Positions 9,172 to 20,000 of a stretch of DNA of 64,000 nucleotides are shown here, in pieces (the stretch's first letter is position 1; every line of letters starts with the position of its first letter). Source of the DNA: a virus; the IMG/VR virus record IMGVR_UViG_3300050821_018642, positions 5,133 through 69,132 of that record; one strand, given 5' to 3'. The notes under the pieces are model-generated. The model worked only from the letters and a program-made list of their open reading frames with translations, ran no database searches and was not told the origin of the DNA. A program made the position numbers and the translations under genes.

Positions 9172-10590
9172 ATGTCGACGCCTCCGTACGCACCGCCATC
9201 GATCGGACCGGCTGGGCTTACGATAAACACGTACCCATCCATATTAGCAGACAATCTTCAAGCCTACCTGAACATTTTCGGATTGAACCAGTACGTAGCC
9301 CCGGATTCCGCCATTTACCAATTGCTGTCCATCATCAGTTTGAAACAGTCCGATGCAAACCTTGGTCTGCAACTCGCTTACAACCAAGCCAGTCCGCAGA
9401 CCGCCGTCGGAGCCGGTCTGGATCGTATTGTGAAGATGAATGGGTTGGCGCGGTCGTCGTTCACATACTCCACGGCCATACTGACCATAACGGGTTCGGC
9501 GACTGCGGTGTTGGTGAACTGCTTCGCGCAGGACCAAAACGGAAATCTCTGGTCCATTCCAAGTCCGCTGCCTATAACTGGAGGTGCCGTGGACGTGGTG
9601 GCCGTATGCACCACACCGGGCAACGTCACGGCCGAGCCGAACAGCATCAACATCAAAGCGACTCCTTCATTGGGTTGGACCAGCGTCAACAACGCGGCTC
9701 CGGCCACCTCCGGAGATCCGGTCGAAACCGACTCAGAGCTACGCGCGCGCCAAGCCATAAGCGTGGCACTGCCTTCGCGCACCACGCTGCAGACTACCAT
9801 CGCCTCCGTGCTGGCAGTGGCCGGAGTGACGCGCGTGGCACCGGGTTACCCGACGCCTGGAGGTCCGGGCACATCCATCGAAAACCCGACGGGAGCTACA
9901 GACTCGTGGGGCAATCCTCCGCACTCCATCTCCATGGTCGTAGAAGGCGGTACCGATGCCGCTGTGGCTCAGGCCATCTATGGGGCTCGCGGGATAGGCT
10001 GCTATACCAACGGCACCACCGCCGTGGTGGTCGTGGATCCGAACAGCGGCTACTCCATGACTATCAGCTTCTTCAGGCCCACGTACATACCAATAGCCGT
10101 ATTGGTGGCCGTAACTCCGTTGGCCGGGTTCACATCGTCCACACTCGCCGCCATCCAGGCCGGGATAGTGAACTACCTGAACAGTCTATCCATCGGGGAG
10201 ACGGTGGTGTACTCTGAATTGTACGGAGCGGCGTTGACGGCACGTCCGAATCCAGACCAACCCATATTCTCCATCGCTAGCATCAGATCCGCCGCATTGT
10301 CGGCGCAGACTACCGGCAATCTGGTGCTTGGCAGCCCCAACGTCGTGGTGGCCAGCGTGGTCGGACTGGCGAACGGAATGCTGGTGGTGGATGAGACCAA
10401 TCCCGCAGCGCTTCCCGACGGCGTCATGATCATCAACATCAGCGGTAGCACCGTTACGCTGTCAGCCAACGCCTTCCAGAGCCAGACCGGAGATTCGCTT
10501 TCGTTCTTCGCGCTGGGCACCTCGGACATAGCCATGCCAAACTACTACGACGCCGTGGTGGGTCTGGACAGCAACGTACAGGTGGCCTGA
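9172..10590 (+). CDS. baseplate protein J-like
   Basis: 472 aa following the gpW-like gene; ETDSELRARQ motif typical of the baseplate-J family. Confidence 0.6.
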   Translation: MSTPPYAPPSIGPAGLTINTYPSILADNLQAYLNIFGLNQYVAPDSAIYQLLSIISLKQSDANLGLQLAYNQASPQTAVGAGLDRIVKMNGLARSSFTYSTAILTITGSATAVLVNCFAQDQNGNLWSIPSPLPITGGAVDVVAVCTTPGNVTAEPNSINIKATPSLGWTSVNNAAPATSGDPVETDSELRARQAISVALPSRTTLQTTIASVLAVAGVTRVAPGYPTPGGPGTSIENPTGATDSWGNPPHSISMVVEGGTDAAVAQAIYGARGIGCYTNGTTAVVVVDPNSGYSMTISFFRPTYIPIAVLVAVTPLAGFTSSTLAAIQAGIVNYLNSLSIGETVVYSELYGAALTARPNPDQPIFSIASIRSAALSAQTTGNLVLGSPNVVVASVVGLANGMLVVDETNPAALPDGVMIINISGSTVTLSANAFQSQTGDSLSFFALGTSDIAMPNYYDAVVGLDSNVQVA

Positions 10591-11231
10591 TGAGCACGTC
10601 ACCAAATCCCTACTATGGAACCTCGGGCTACGGGCTAGGCGGCTACGGCAACCAACCCATAGAAGCGCTCAACATCGGCTACTACCTATCGTTGCTGACC
10701 AGTCAGTACAAGAACTCTCCGAAGTTGAACGCCTTGCTGTACGTTCTTCTCAAGAAGTTCGACGACGTCACCAATTGCCTGGTAAAGATGGACACGGCAC
10801 TGGACTTGGACAGCGCCGTGGGGGCGCAGCTGGATCTCTTGGGAACCATACCGAACGCCTCCAGGACCGTGGGATTCCAGCCGTCTGACAACGTCAGCCC
10901 GGTACTGGATGACGACACGTACCGCATCTATATCAAGGCCAAGATAGCGCGCAATCAATGGGATGGTACAATAGACAGCCTGTACGGCATCTGGAAGCAA
11001 TTGTTTCCCAGCGGCACCATCGTCATAGAAGACAACCAGAATATGACGGCCACCATCGTGCTTACCGGCGCGTTTACCAGCATACTGCAGGATCTCATCG
11101 TCAACGGCTACATCATACCCAGGCCGGAGGGCGTGCTGTATACCTACGTCTTCGGCGTGTTGCCGTACTTCGGATTTGGCTACTCACCCGGCTTCATCGC
11201 CGGATTCGACACCGGGCATTGGGCGGGGTAA
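10590..11231 (+). CDS. baseplate/tail protein I-like (DUF2612-like)
   Basis: ATGA overlap with the gpJ-like gene; position and size match gpI-type proteins. Confidence 0.4.
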   Translation: MSTSPNPYYGTSGYGLGGYGNQPIEALNIGYYLSLLTSQYKNSPKLNALLYVLLKKFDDVTNCLVKMDTALDLDSAVGAQLDLLGTIPNASRTVGFQPSDNVSPVLDDDTYRIYIKAKIARNQWDGTIDSLYGIWKQLFPSGTIVIEDNQNMTATIVLTGAFTSILQDLIVNGYIIPRPEGVLYTYVFGVLPYFGFGYSPGFIAGFDTGHWAG

Positions 11232-11238
11232 ATAACGA

Positions 11239-11805
11239 ATGGCTTCTACGACACTGTTGCAATGGAATCCCACGCAGGCCAATCAGGAAAGCGACGCGAC
11301 GTATCTCGCCGATTCGCAGCGATCGGGAGGGGCCACCAACCCCTCCTTGTTCGCGTCCGTATTGGCCAACAAGGCGTTCAATCAATGGAGTAACTATTTG
11401 TTCGCGTTGTTCACGGCGTTCGCGAACAAAGGCTTCGGCACCTCCGACGCCAACATCACCACGCTGATATCGCAATGCGCCAACTTCCTGACGACCGCCG
11501 ACGTGAAACCGGACCTTGCATACGTGCTGTACGCGCCGACGTTGGTGTTGGACGCGTCCACGGCCAACGGTTTCCAGATAACGCTCACCGGCAACCTGTC
11601 GTTCACCATCACTGGTTTAACGGTCGGCCAGCCTATCACGCTGGCGTTCACGCAGGACGGGGTAGGAGGACGCGTCGTGACGTTTCCAAGCAACGTCGCT
11701 AGTCCAGGCACCCCGAGCGGGACGCCCAATATCAACAGCGTCCAGACGTTCATCGTGTTGAACGACAATATACTGCATCCCAACGCGCCCATGGTGGTGA
11801 GCTAA
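11239..11805 (+). CDS. tail fibre-associated protein (hypothetical)
   Basis: 188 aa between the baseplate and fibre genes. Confidence 0.35.
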   Translation: MASTTLLQWNPTQANQESDATYLADSQRSGGATNPSLFASVLANKAFNQWSNYLFALFTAFANKGFGTSDANITTLISQCANFLTTADVKPDLAYVLYAPTLVLDASTANGFQITLTGNLSFTITGLTVGQPITLAFTQDGVGGRVVTFPSNVASPGTPSGTPNINSVQTFIVLNDNILHPNAPMVVS

Positions 11806-12212
11806 TGGCTGGCGAGACTACCACTCCCAATATAGGATTGCAGATAGCCGGTTTCGACCAGCCAAATTGGCAGGTTCCCACCAATTACAACTGGAACTTG
11901 CTGGACCTTATTTTCGGCGGCGAGATACAGGTGCCTGCCCTGGACGTCAACGTGCTGACGGTCGCCAGCTTCGTCATCGCCAATTTCGTCGCCAGCGCGG
12001 CGGCGTCGTTCTTCGCCGAGACTCCCGGCGGCACCGTACCAGGAACCGTGTATACGTGCACGTACATACCGGGCGTGGTGCTGGGCGTGTACAAGAACGG
12101 AATCATTCAAAAACCGGGCGTCGGTTACGACTACACGATTTCAGGCAATCAAATCACGTTCTCAACCGCGACCTCTCTCGGAGACAAAATCTATGTCACG
12201 TACTTTCATTAG
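11805..12212 (+). CDS. small fibre protein with YKNG motif
   Basis: Shares GTVPGTVYT...VYKNGIIQKPGVGYDYTISGNQITF with ORF 405..995. Confidence 0.35.
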   Translation: MAGETTTPNIGLQIAGFDQPNWQVPTNYNWNLLDLIFGGEIQVPALDVNVLTVASFVIANFVASAAASFFAETPGGTVPGTVYTCTYIPGVVLGVYKNGIIQKPGVGYDYTISGNQITFSTATSLGDKIYVTYFH

Positions 12213-15200
12213 GCTGATGGCGTCGCTGGCTGTGTTGGTTGGTTGCTGCGGCGCGCAGACTCTCGTCAATCCGGCTACGCAGATCAACTGGCCTTTGATA
12301 ACCGGAGCCGGCACTCCGACGGCGTTGGGATACGGCTGCACCAGCGTCAACTACGGACAGCCGTTCCAGAACACCTCCGTTACGCCCAATACATACTATA
12401 CTTGCGGCTCCGATGGTTGGCAGATACGAGGCGGCAGCAGCGGCGGCGGCATCACGATCGGCTCCACGTTCGTTCCCGGCGGCGGAACGATCACCAATGC
12501 GCCAGGATTCAATTCAGCCACGGCCACGGCCTTGGCGGTCAATCCGGCCACCTGCCCCAGCGGCAGCTACCAATACGGTTCGATGGCCAACGGCAACGCC
12601 TTGTGCAACGCCCTGCCGACGCAGCCCGGTACGCAGTACGTGGGTCCGCAGGCCATCAGCGGGTGCGGCGTGCAATACGTGAGCGGCCTTACCTACACGG
12701 TCGGCGCTTGCACGTACATCATCAACAACACCACGTACAACTCACCGCTTACCAACATCACGCTTCCGGCCTCGGATCCTTCCAATCCGGAAATAGACGT
12801 GTTGTATCTGGACGCCACGCAAACGGTGCAGTACATACAAGGCACTCCGGCAGCCACGCCGCAGCAGCCGACGATCAATCCCGGCACGCAGCTGGCGCTG
12901 ACGTTCGTATTGGTGCCGGCAGGCAGTTCGACTCCAGGCGGTACTACCACCACCAATATCTACCTGAACAACACTGGATGGACCTACTCCGTGGGCACGA
13001 ACGTCAACGGCGCGTCCACCAACAATCCGTACAGCGGCACCTACACCGTGGAATTCGGCTACGGCGGTGCGGCCACCACCACTTCCGATATCATACTTAC
13101 GGATCCTTCTTCTGGCACCGTCAACCTATCCAACTACAACAATCTGATATTTTACGTGCGCAATAAGGCGGCTTGGTCGTCCAGCTGCTCCGTAGTGCTG
13201 CAGTGGTACAACTCTGGGTTCGGCACGGTGGGTCCTGGCATCGTACTGAACAACGGCGCGTTCGGCTTCAACGCATTGTCAAACTTCACTACGTACCAGC
13301 AGGTTTCCATACCCACGACCGCTTTCAGTACCGGCAACACCGCCGTAGCTACGCTCGGTTACTTCGTGACTGGCTCTGGCTGCAGCATGACCGGCTTCTA
13401 TCTGGACGCCGTATCGCTGCAGGGCGGAGTCGGCAACAATCCGCCCGCATCGACGGTGGTCAACTTCAAAGGTACGTGGAGCGCAACGGCCTCTTACAAT
13501 CCGAACGACTTGGTGGTGAGCGGCGGAATAGGCTACGTGGCACTGGTCGGCAATACGGACGTAGCCGTAACCACCACCGCGACATGGGCCTCGCTGGGGG
13601 CCACCGGCGGAGGTGGTAATACCACTTCTACGGGCGGTACTAACAACGTCGTGCCGAAATTCAACGGAGCCAACTCCATCATTAATTCGCTGTACGCGGA
13701 CGACGGCACGAACGGCTCGTATTCCGGCACTGGCGGCTTCACCTCGTCAGCATTCAAGACCAACGGCACAGTCAACGGATTCCTCAACCTAAAGGCCACC
13801 GGTACTCCCGCAACCGCTCCAGGCACTGGCACGTTCCAATTCACCACGCCAAGTTCGATAGCCACTCCGTACGCGCTAGAGGTTCCCGCCACTCCTCCTC
13901 CAGACAGCACGCACATCTATCTGACGTGCACGTTCGCCAATCCCAGCGTTTGTAGTTGGGGCGCTGGCGGCGGTTCGGTAACGCTCACTACGGTCGGTAG
14001 CGGCGGACCGGCTACGTACAGCGGCGGCACGCTGAATATTCCTGTGTACGCCGGATTGATACAGCCGTATCCCGTGGTCGTCAACTCTGGCGACAGCGAC
14101 GGTGTGTACTCACCCACCGCACCGCAGACCTCGCCTTCCTCCGCCAGCGGATGCAACGGCACGGTCTGCAACATCAACGCCGTCAACACGCACGTCGCTG
14201 GCGATTGGGTAACGTTCAACAACGAGGGAGGGACTTGGGGATGCTTGGCCTGGGCTCCGGCCCAGGTACTGTCCACCGGACTGACTGGATCGTCGTTCGA
14301 AGTGTCTGAAGCGCAAGCGATGATACCCACGTACGCCGGATGCACCGGAGTCGTAAGCGGGCTGGGCGTGGGTTCGCTGATACAGGATTCCAACGATCTG
14401 TACGGTCAGCTGGTTGTCCACTATCCGACGTTGTCGGCGCAGGGTACTGCCGTTCCGACGCTGTATCCGTACAGCATCCCGGGCAACACGGCCACGGCCG
14501 ACGCCGCCAACTTCACGGCGCGTTACGGAGCTGTGGCGCCGTCATCTCCGCACGGCGCGTTGTTCATAAACAACGACGGAGCCAACGACTTCAACAATTG
14601 CGAAACCGTGTCCGCCATCGAAACCGCGCTACAGTCCGTTTGGACGCAAGCGCACGCCGCCAATTACGACGTCCTGGATTCCACGCCGATCGGTGGATTC
14701 ACGGCCTTCAATGCTGGCATTGAGTGCAGCCAGAACACCACGATGAATTACGACGCGGTCATGCAGTGGCTTTACGCGCAGAAATGCGTGGACGGCAATA
14801 GCACCGCTTGTTGGGATTACTTGGCCGATTCGGGCGGTACCATCAAGGATTTCAGCAATACCAATATGATCTCGAGCGGCCACCCCACTCCCGCCGCGAA
14901 CACCATTTACGCGGCGGTCATCGACCGCGCCTTGTCCAGCAAGATGGTCACCTACAACTACAATCCTGGTGCTGGCGCGAACGTGCTGCACGGCACGCAG
15001 ATAGTGCAGGTGCCTCCGAACAACGTCACAACCATGGAGACTTGGGCGTTCACCGGCGGCAATCCGTCCTTGAGCATCTGCCAGTACGGCACGGCCATGT
15101 GGATGTCCTACGTCAATACGGGTATAGTAACTTCATACTGCCCGAATTGGCTTACGTTGAACTACAATGGAAGCCAAGGATTCGTCAACGTCGATTCGGG

Positions 15201-16953
15201 ATTGACGCTCGGCTTCGGAGACGCTCAAAACTGCCTGGTGTGCTTCAGCCTGGATCCCAGCGCCAACGGTCCCTACGGCCTCAACGACACGGTCGATCTC
15301 GGGGCCAACGTATATCCCTCGTCGACCGGTCAACTGCACGACACCACGGCGTGGCTGAGCAACGGTGGTTTGAAGTTCCACAATTGGACGGCCGATCCGT
15401 CGGTCCTGACCAACGGCCAAGTTTGGTACAACAGCACCTCGGGGCAGCTGAAGGGCTACTTCGCTGGGACTACGATTTGCATTTCCGGAACTGGTTGCAG
15501 TTCCGGCGCGGCGTTTCCGAGCACTAACGGCCTGGTGTTCAACACCAGCACCACCACTTCGCGCAACGGAACCGCGTCGGACCTAGCCTCGCTGGCGTAC
15601 GTGGCCGACAGCGGGACCACTAACGCTTACGCTGCGGTGCTGGCCTACCCGATATCATCGTACACGGCCGGACTCACGGTCACTATCAATCCTGGATCCA
15701 CCAACACTTCGACCACGCCCACGTTGGCCGTCAGCGGATTGAGCGCCGTCACCATCGTGAAGCCGGTCAGCGGATCCTTGGTTGCCTTGGCCGCCAGCGA
15801 CGTCGTGAGCGGCACGTTGGCCACGTTCAAGTACGACGGCACGCACTTCCAATTGCAGAATGCGCAAACCAGCGCCGCAGCTGGTGTAGCTAGCGTCAAC
15901 GCCACCTCACCATTGACCGCCAACGGCGTTTCCGGATCGGCGCAAACGGGAACGGTGGTCGTAGCCTGCCCCACGTGCTCCGTCGGCAGCGGCACCTCCG
16001 TCGGCCTGCCGGGCGCTGCGTCCCTCGGCTCCGTTACGTTCAACGGCAACGTCGGATTGCTTTGCGCAGATACGTCGGGCAGCGGCACGGCGCAAAGCTG
16101 CACCACCACGCCGAGCATCACGCCTGCGATCGGCACGTGCTTCACTTACACCACCACCACGGCCAACAGCGGCACCGGCCTGACTCTTAATATGGATTCA
16201 TTCGGCGCGAAGAACGTGGCCGTCGCTAGCAGTTCTGGCTGGACAACCACACTAGTAGCGAGCACAAGCATTCCGGCCAACAAACCGATGGTGATGTGCT
16301 ACGACGGTACAAATCTGAATGCGTCAGGCACTGGCTATGCTCCAAGCAGCGGTGGGAGTTATCAATATTCTTCTCTTCCACAACCTGTATACGCAAACTT
16401 CACTCAAGTCAACTTCCAATCCGGTACCACTGTAGGCACGGCTGGCGGAAACATATTTATGACCATTCCTTTTCAGTCGTCTCTGAATTGGCAGCTTCTA
16501 AAGCAAACGACAAATCCGGGGTCAGCACCTTGGAGCGTTCAAGCATTCATCGCGTCCACTCCCAACAGCGCTGCATCTTCTACCACTGCCGGTCTGTACA
16601 TTTCAGATGGTACGAAGCTTGCAGGTATGGAATTGCTTAATGGTAGTACTTTGCGCTTGGAACACATGAACAGCGTCACAAGCGACAGTGGAACAGTAAC
16701 CAGTGTCAGTTTGCCAGCGTTATATAGCCAAGGCCAATACTATCGCATTTGCGATAGTGGCACTACGATCTATTACGAGACTAGTATGGACGGAGCGAAC
16801 TGGTTCACGCTTCCATCGTTTAGCGAAACTGTAGGTTCGTTCATCACACCTACGCAAGTTCTCGTCGGAGGCGTGTCTGTAACTGCTGGTGGACTTGTTA
16901 CCTACGTCAATGTGAAGGGCTGGTCAATCACAAATTCGGCGGTATGTCCATAG
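12193..16953 (+). CDS. large tail fibre/adhesin (1586 aa) with signal-peptide-like N-terminus
   Basis: RBS GGAGA 8 nt before ATG; N-terminus MSRTFIRLMASLAVLVGCCGAQT; Gly/Thr/Ser/Asn-rich beta-rich sequence; codon usage is coherent across the whole length. Confidence 0.55.
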   Translation: MSRTFIRLMASLAVLVGCCGAQTLVNPATQINWPLITGAGTPTALGYGCTSVNYGQPFQNTSVTPNTYYTCGSDGWQIRGGSSGGGITIGSTFVPGGGTITNAPGFNSATATALAVNPATCPSGSYQYGSMANGNALCNALPTQPGTQYVGPQAISGCGVQYVSGLTYTVGACTYIINNTTYNSPLTNITLPASDPSNPEIDVLYLDATQTVQYIQGTPAATPQQPTINPGTQLALTFVLVPAGSSTPGGTTTTNIYLNNTGWTYSVGTNVNGASTNNPYSGTYTVEFGYGGAATTTSDIILTDPSSGTVNLSNYNNLIFYVRNKAAWSSSCSVVLQWYNSGFGTVGPGIVLNNGAFGFNALSNFTTYQQVSIPTTAFSTGNTAVATLGYFVTGSGCSMTGFYLDAVSLQGGVGNNPPASTVVNFKGTWSATASYNPNDLVVSGGIGYVALVGNTDVAVTTTATWASLGATGGGGNTTSTGGTNNVVPKFNGANSIINSLYADDGTNGSYSGTGGFTSSAFKTNGTVNGFLNLKATGTPATAPGTGTFQFTTPSSIATPYALEVPATPPPDSTHIYLTCTFANPSVCSWGAGGGSVTLTTVGSGGPATYSGGTLNIPVYAGLIQPYPVVVNSGDSDGVYSPTAPQTSPSSASGCNGTVCNINAVNTHVAGDWVTFNNEGGTWGCLAWAPAQVLSTGLTGSSFEVSEAQAMIPTYAGCTGVVSGLGVGSLIQDSNDLYGQLVVHYPTLSAQGTAVPTLYPYSIPGNTATADAANFTARYGAVAPSSPHGALFINNDGANDFNNCETVSAIETALQSVWTQAHAANYDVLDSTPIGGFTAFNAGIECSQNTTMNYDAVMQWLYAQKCVDGNSTACWDYLADSGGTIKDFSNTNMISSGHPTPAANTIYAAVIDRALSSKMVTYNYNPGAGANVLHGTQIVQVPPNNVTTMETWAFTGGNPSLSICQYGTAMWMSYVNTGIVTSYCPNWLTLNYNGSQGFVNVDSGLTLGFGDAQNCLVCFSLDPSANGPYGLNDTVDLGANVYPSSTGQLHDTTAWLSNGGLKFHNWTADPSVLTNGQVWYNSTSGQLKGYFAGTTICISGTGCSSGAAFPSTNGLVFNTSTTTSRNGTASDLASLAYVADSGTTNAYAAVLAYPISSYTAGLTVTINPGSTNTSTTPTLAVSGLSAVTIVKPVSGSLVALAASDVVSGTLATFKYDGTHFQLQNAQTSAAAGVASVNATSPLTANGVSGSAQTGTVVVACPTCSVGSGTSVGLPGAASLGSVTFNGNVGLLCADTSGSGTAQSCTTTPSITPAIGTCFTYTTTTANSGTGLTLNMDSFGAKNVAVASSSGWTTTLVASTSIPANKPMVMCYDGTNLNASGTGYAPSSGGSYQYSSLPQPVYANFTQVNFQSGTTVGTAGGNIFMTIPFQSSLNWQLLKQTTNPGSAPWSVQAFIASTPNSAASSTTAGLYISDGTKLAGMELLNGSTLRLEHMNSVTSDSGTVTSVSLPALYSQGQYYRICDSGTTIYYETSMDGANWFTLPSFSETVGSFITPTQVLVGGVSVTAGGLVTYVNVKGWSITNSAVCP

Positions 16954-17013
16954 GCTAGATGTAGCGTACGCGACGTTTTCAATATTGTAAGCGAGGCAGC
17001 AAGGAGATGTAAA

Positions 17014-20000
17014 TTGCGCAAATTCCTGACGGTTCTATTCCTGTTCTGCGTCTTCGGTATGGCGAGGGCGCAGGGAACCTACACCGCCGCGTCGTGCAAC
17101 ACGGCGGACGTGAACGCGGTCATCAACGGACCGACGCACAACGCCGTCAACGGTGACACGATCGTCATCCCGGCGGGCAACTGCACGTGGACCTCTGGCA
17201 TAGCCATTTCTGGCGTCGGAATTTCCATACTTGGTTCTGGCACTCCGAACACCGGTCCTTCGACGTTCGGAGCCGGAACCAGTACCACCGTCATATCTTC
17301 TAACATCTCGGGCGGAGCGTCGGCGCTTTTCAACGTATCTGGACTAAGCTACGGCCAATTCACGCGCATATCGCTCATCAACTTCGCCAGCGAAACCAAT
17401 ACCAACCCCACCACGGGCGTGGGCGCGCTGATATTCAGCGGCACTTGCACCACGAGCGGCTGCGCCAATCTTCGTCTAGACAACCTTACTTTCGGCCCTA
17501 CTTGGAACGGAGCCTATCTTCCCGCCGGATCGATCGTGTTCACATTCGGAATGACTGGCGTGGCGGATCACAACTCCATCAATGGCCCGGACGGTCAGGC
17601 TCCCTACTTCATCAATGCCAACCAGGGTTCTTGGCAGGGAGTCGGCCAATACGGCGACAATTCATGGTACGCGCCAGATACGATGGGCACGGCCCAGGCC
17701 ATGTACTTCGAGAACAACGTATTCGATTCTGGAACCGCGTCCGAAGGAGACTTCGGAGAAACGGTGGCCGGAGGCGGAAGGTATGTTTGTCGCTTCAACA
17801 AATTCAGCGACGTGGCCACCGAAGCCGTTTCTTGCGGCGGTCACGGTACGTCGTCTGGCGGAAGACCGCGCGGAATGCGCCAAATGGAGGCGTACGGAAA
17901 TACGATGGTCTGCACCAGTTCCGCCGGGTGCGAGGGTCCGCTCAGCTTCAACAGCGGCACCGGCTACGTGTTCGGAAACAACTGGAGCTCCACTGGCTCT
18001 GGGTTCTTCAACGGATACTCGTCCATCAACGCGCAAAGATCGGCCGGCACCGGTTGGCCGATTCCCTGGAACGACTGCGACGGCACCGGACCTTACGATT
18101 TGAATTCTGGCGGCTCGGCCGTGGCCTGCATCGATCAACCGGGCAGAGGTACCGCTACCGTACTATTGTCTGGCTTCACTCCGTCGCCAACCGGGTGGGT
18201 AGGCGAACCTATAGCTCCCATCTACGAGTTCACGGATACGGTTACTGGTGGATTCACCACTCCCATGTTCACCGGCAGTTCCACGTTGGCGGCCAACCGC
18301 GACTTCTACTACGAGGGAACCAACCAGGCAGCGCAGACATCCACGAGCGTCCCGTTCAACGGTTCCACCGGCACCGGACACGGAGCCTTGGCCATGATGC
18401 CGACGACGTGCACTACCGGCGTAGGCTACTTCGCCACGGACCAAGGTTCGTGGAATACCAGCGGCAACGGCTTCGGACAGGGAGTGTTTTACAAGTGCAC
18501 GTCCACGAATACGTGGAACGTGGCGTACACTCCGTACACGTATCCGCACCCGCTCACCGCAGCGGCTTCCAACGTATACACCGCCGCGTCGGCCGCTTAC
18601 ACGGATGTGAACGCCGTAATCAACGGTCCCACGCATGTGGCCGTGAACGGCGATATCATCCAGATACCGTGCAGCGGCAACGTCTACGTAACGTGGACCA
18701 ATACGCTCACCATCTCGGCTAGCATCACGCTGACCGCCTTGGGAGCGTCTCCGAACAGCGGACCGTCCACCGTAGGCGCTGGCACGAACTGTCTGACCAT
18801 CATCGACGACGTTACGAGCGGGTGGATGTTCTACCTGACTCCGACCTACGCCGCCGCCAACAATGTCACCACGCTTCAGAACTTCAACATCGATCCGATA
18901 AGCACCACCACCGCGCTGTATACGCCGATCACGATGGAGGGAACCGGAACTTCCAGCGGTATGCCGCAGGTTCGCATCGACAACATCGTCTTCGGCAAGG
19001 CCACGCCCTGGAGCGGAGCCACCAACAGTTCGAACGCCACCCGCATGCTGAACGTCGACAACGTAGTCGGCGTCGCGGACCACAACACCATCGCACCGGG
19101 CAACAACGTATACTTCTACGAAGGCCAAATGTCGTCCTACCTGGGCGTGGGCCAGCTGGGTGACAATTCCTGGGCGCAACCCGATTCGATGGGCGGAGCC
19201 AACAACTGGTTCACAGAAAACAACGTATTCAACACCACCGGTAACGCTTCTTACAACGATTGCACGGAGGGCGGTCCTTCGGTGTCGGAGAGCGGCGGAT
19301 GTCGTGTGGTAAATCGCTTCAACAACATCGTAACCAGCAACAGCTTTCAGATCACCAGTGTCCATGGCCTGGACACTACGGGGCGCGTGCGGTCGGCCCG
19401 GCACACGGAGACCTACGGCAACACCGAGTCTTGCTCTGGTAATTGCCAAGACCTCGCGACATTCCGCGGAGGCACGGGAATGGTCTGGGGCAACAAAGCC
19501 GTCAACGTCAATCCAGGCGGTTCGTATTGGAATCAAATCTTCGATCTCACCACTTACAGATTGGTGTTCAACTCGAACCCGTGGGGTTACTGCGGCGGAT
19601 TGACCTCGTTGGATCCGTTCGACACCGTGGACAACACCGTTTATTACTCAGGCACGATGAGCGCCAGCAACGGCAGCTTGACGATGACCGATTCCAGCAA
19701 GAGCTTCCCCAACTTGATCCCCTTGGGGATGCCTTACTCGGTGTACGATACCACGCAGGGATTCGTATCGCAGGTGGTGTCGAATACGGCCACCACTATC
19801 ACGGTGATGGGCAACATTCCAGAATCCAGTTGGACCGGGTTCAACAACGGCGACGGCTACCAGATAATACGTGCCACGGTATGCATGGACCAGAGCGGAC
19901 GCGGCCAAGGCAACCTCATCTCCGGTTCCACGCCGACGCCGTCAGCTCCCATCAACGAGGCCCTGGACCCCATCTATGAGTGGAACGATTCGTTCCCCGT

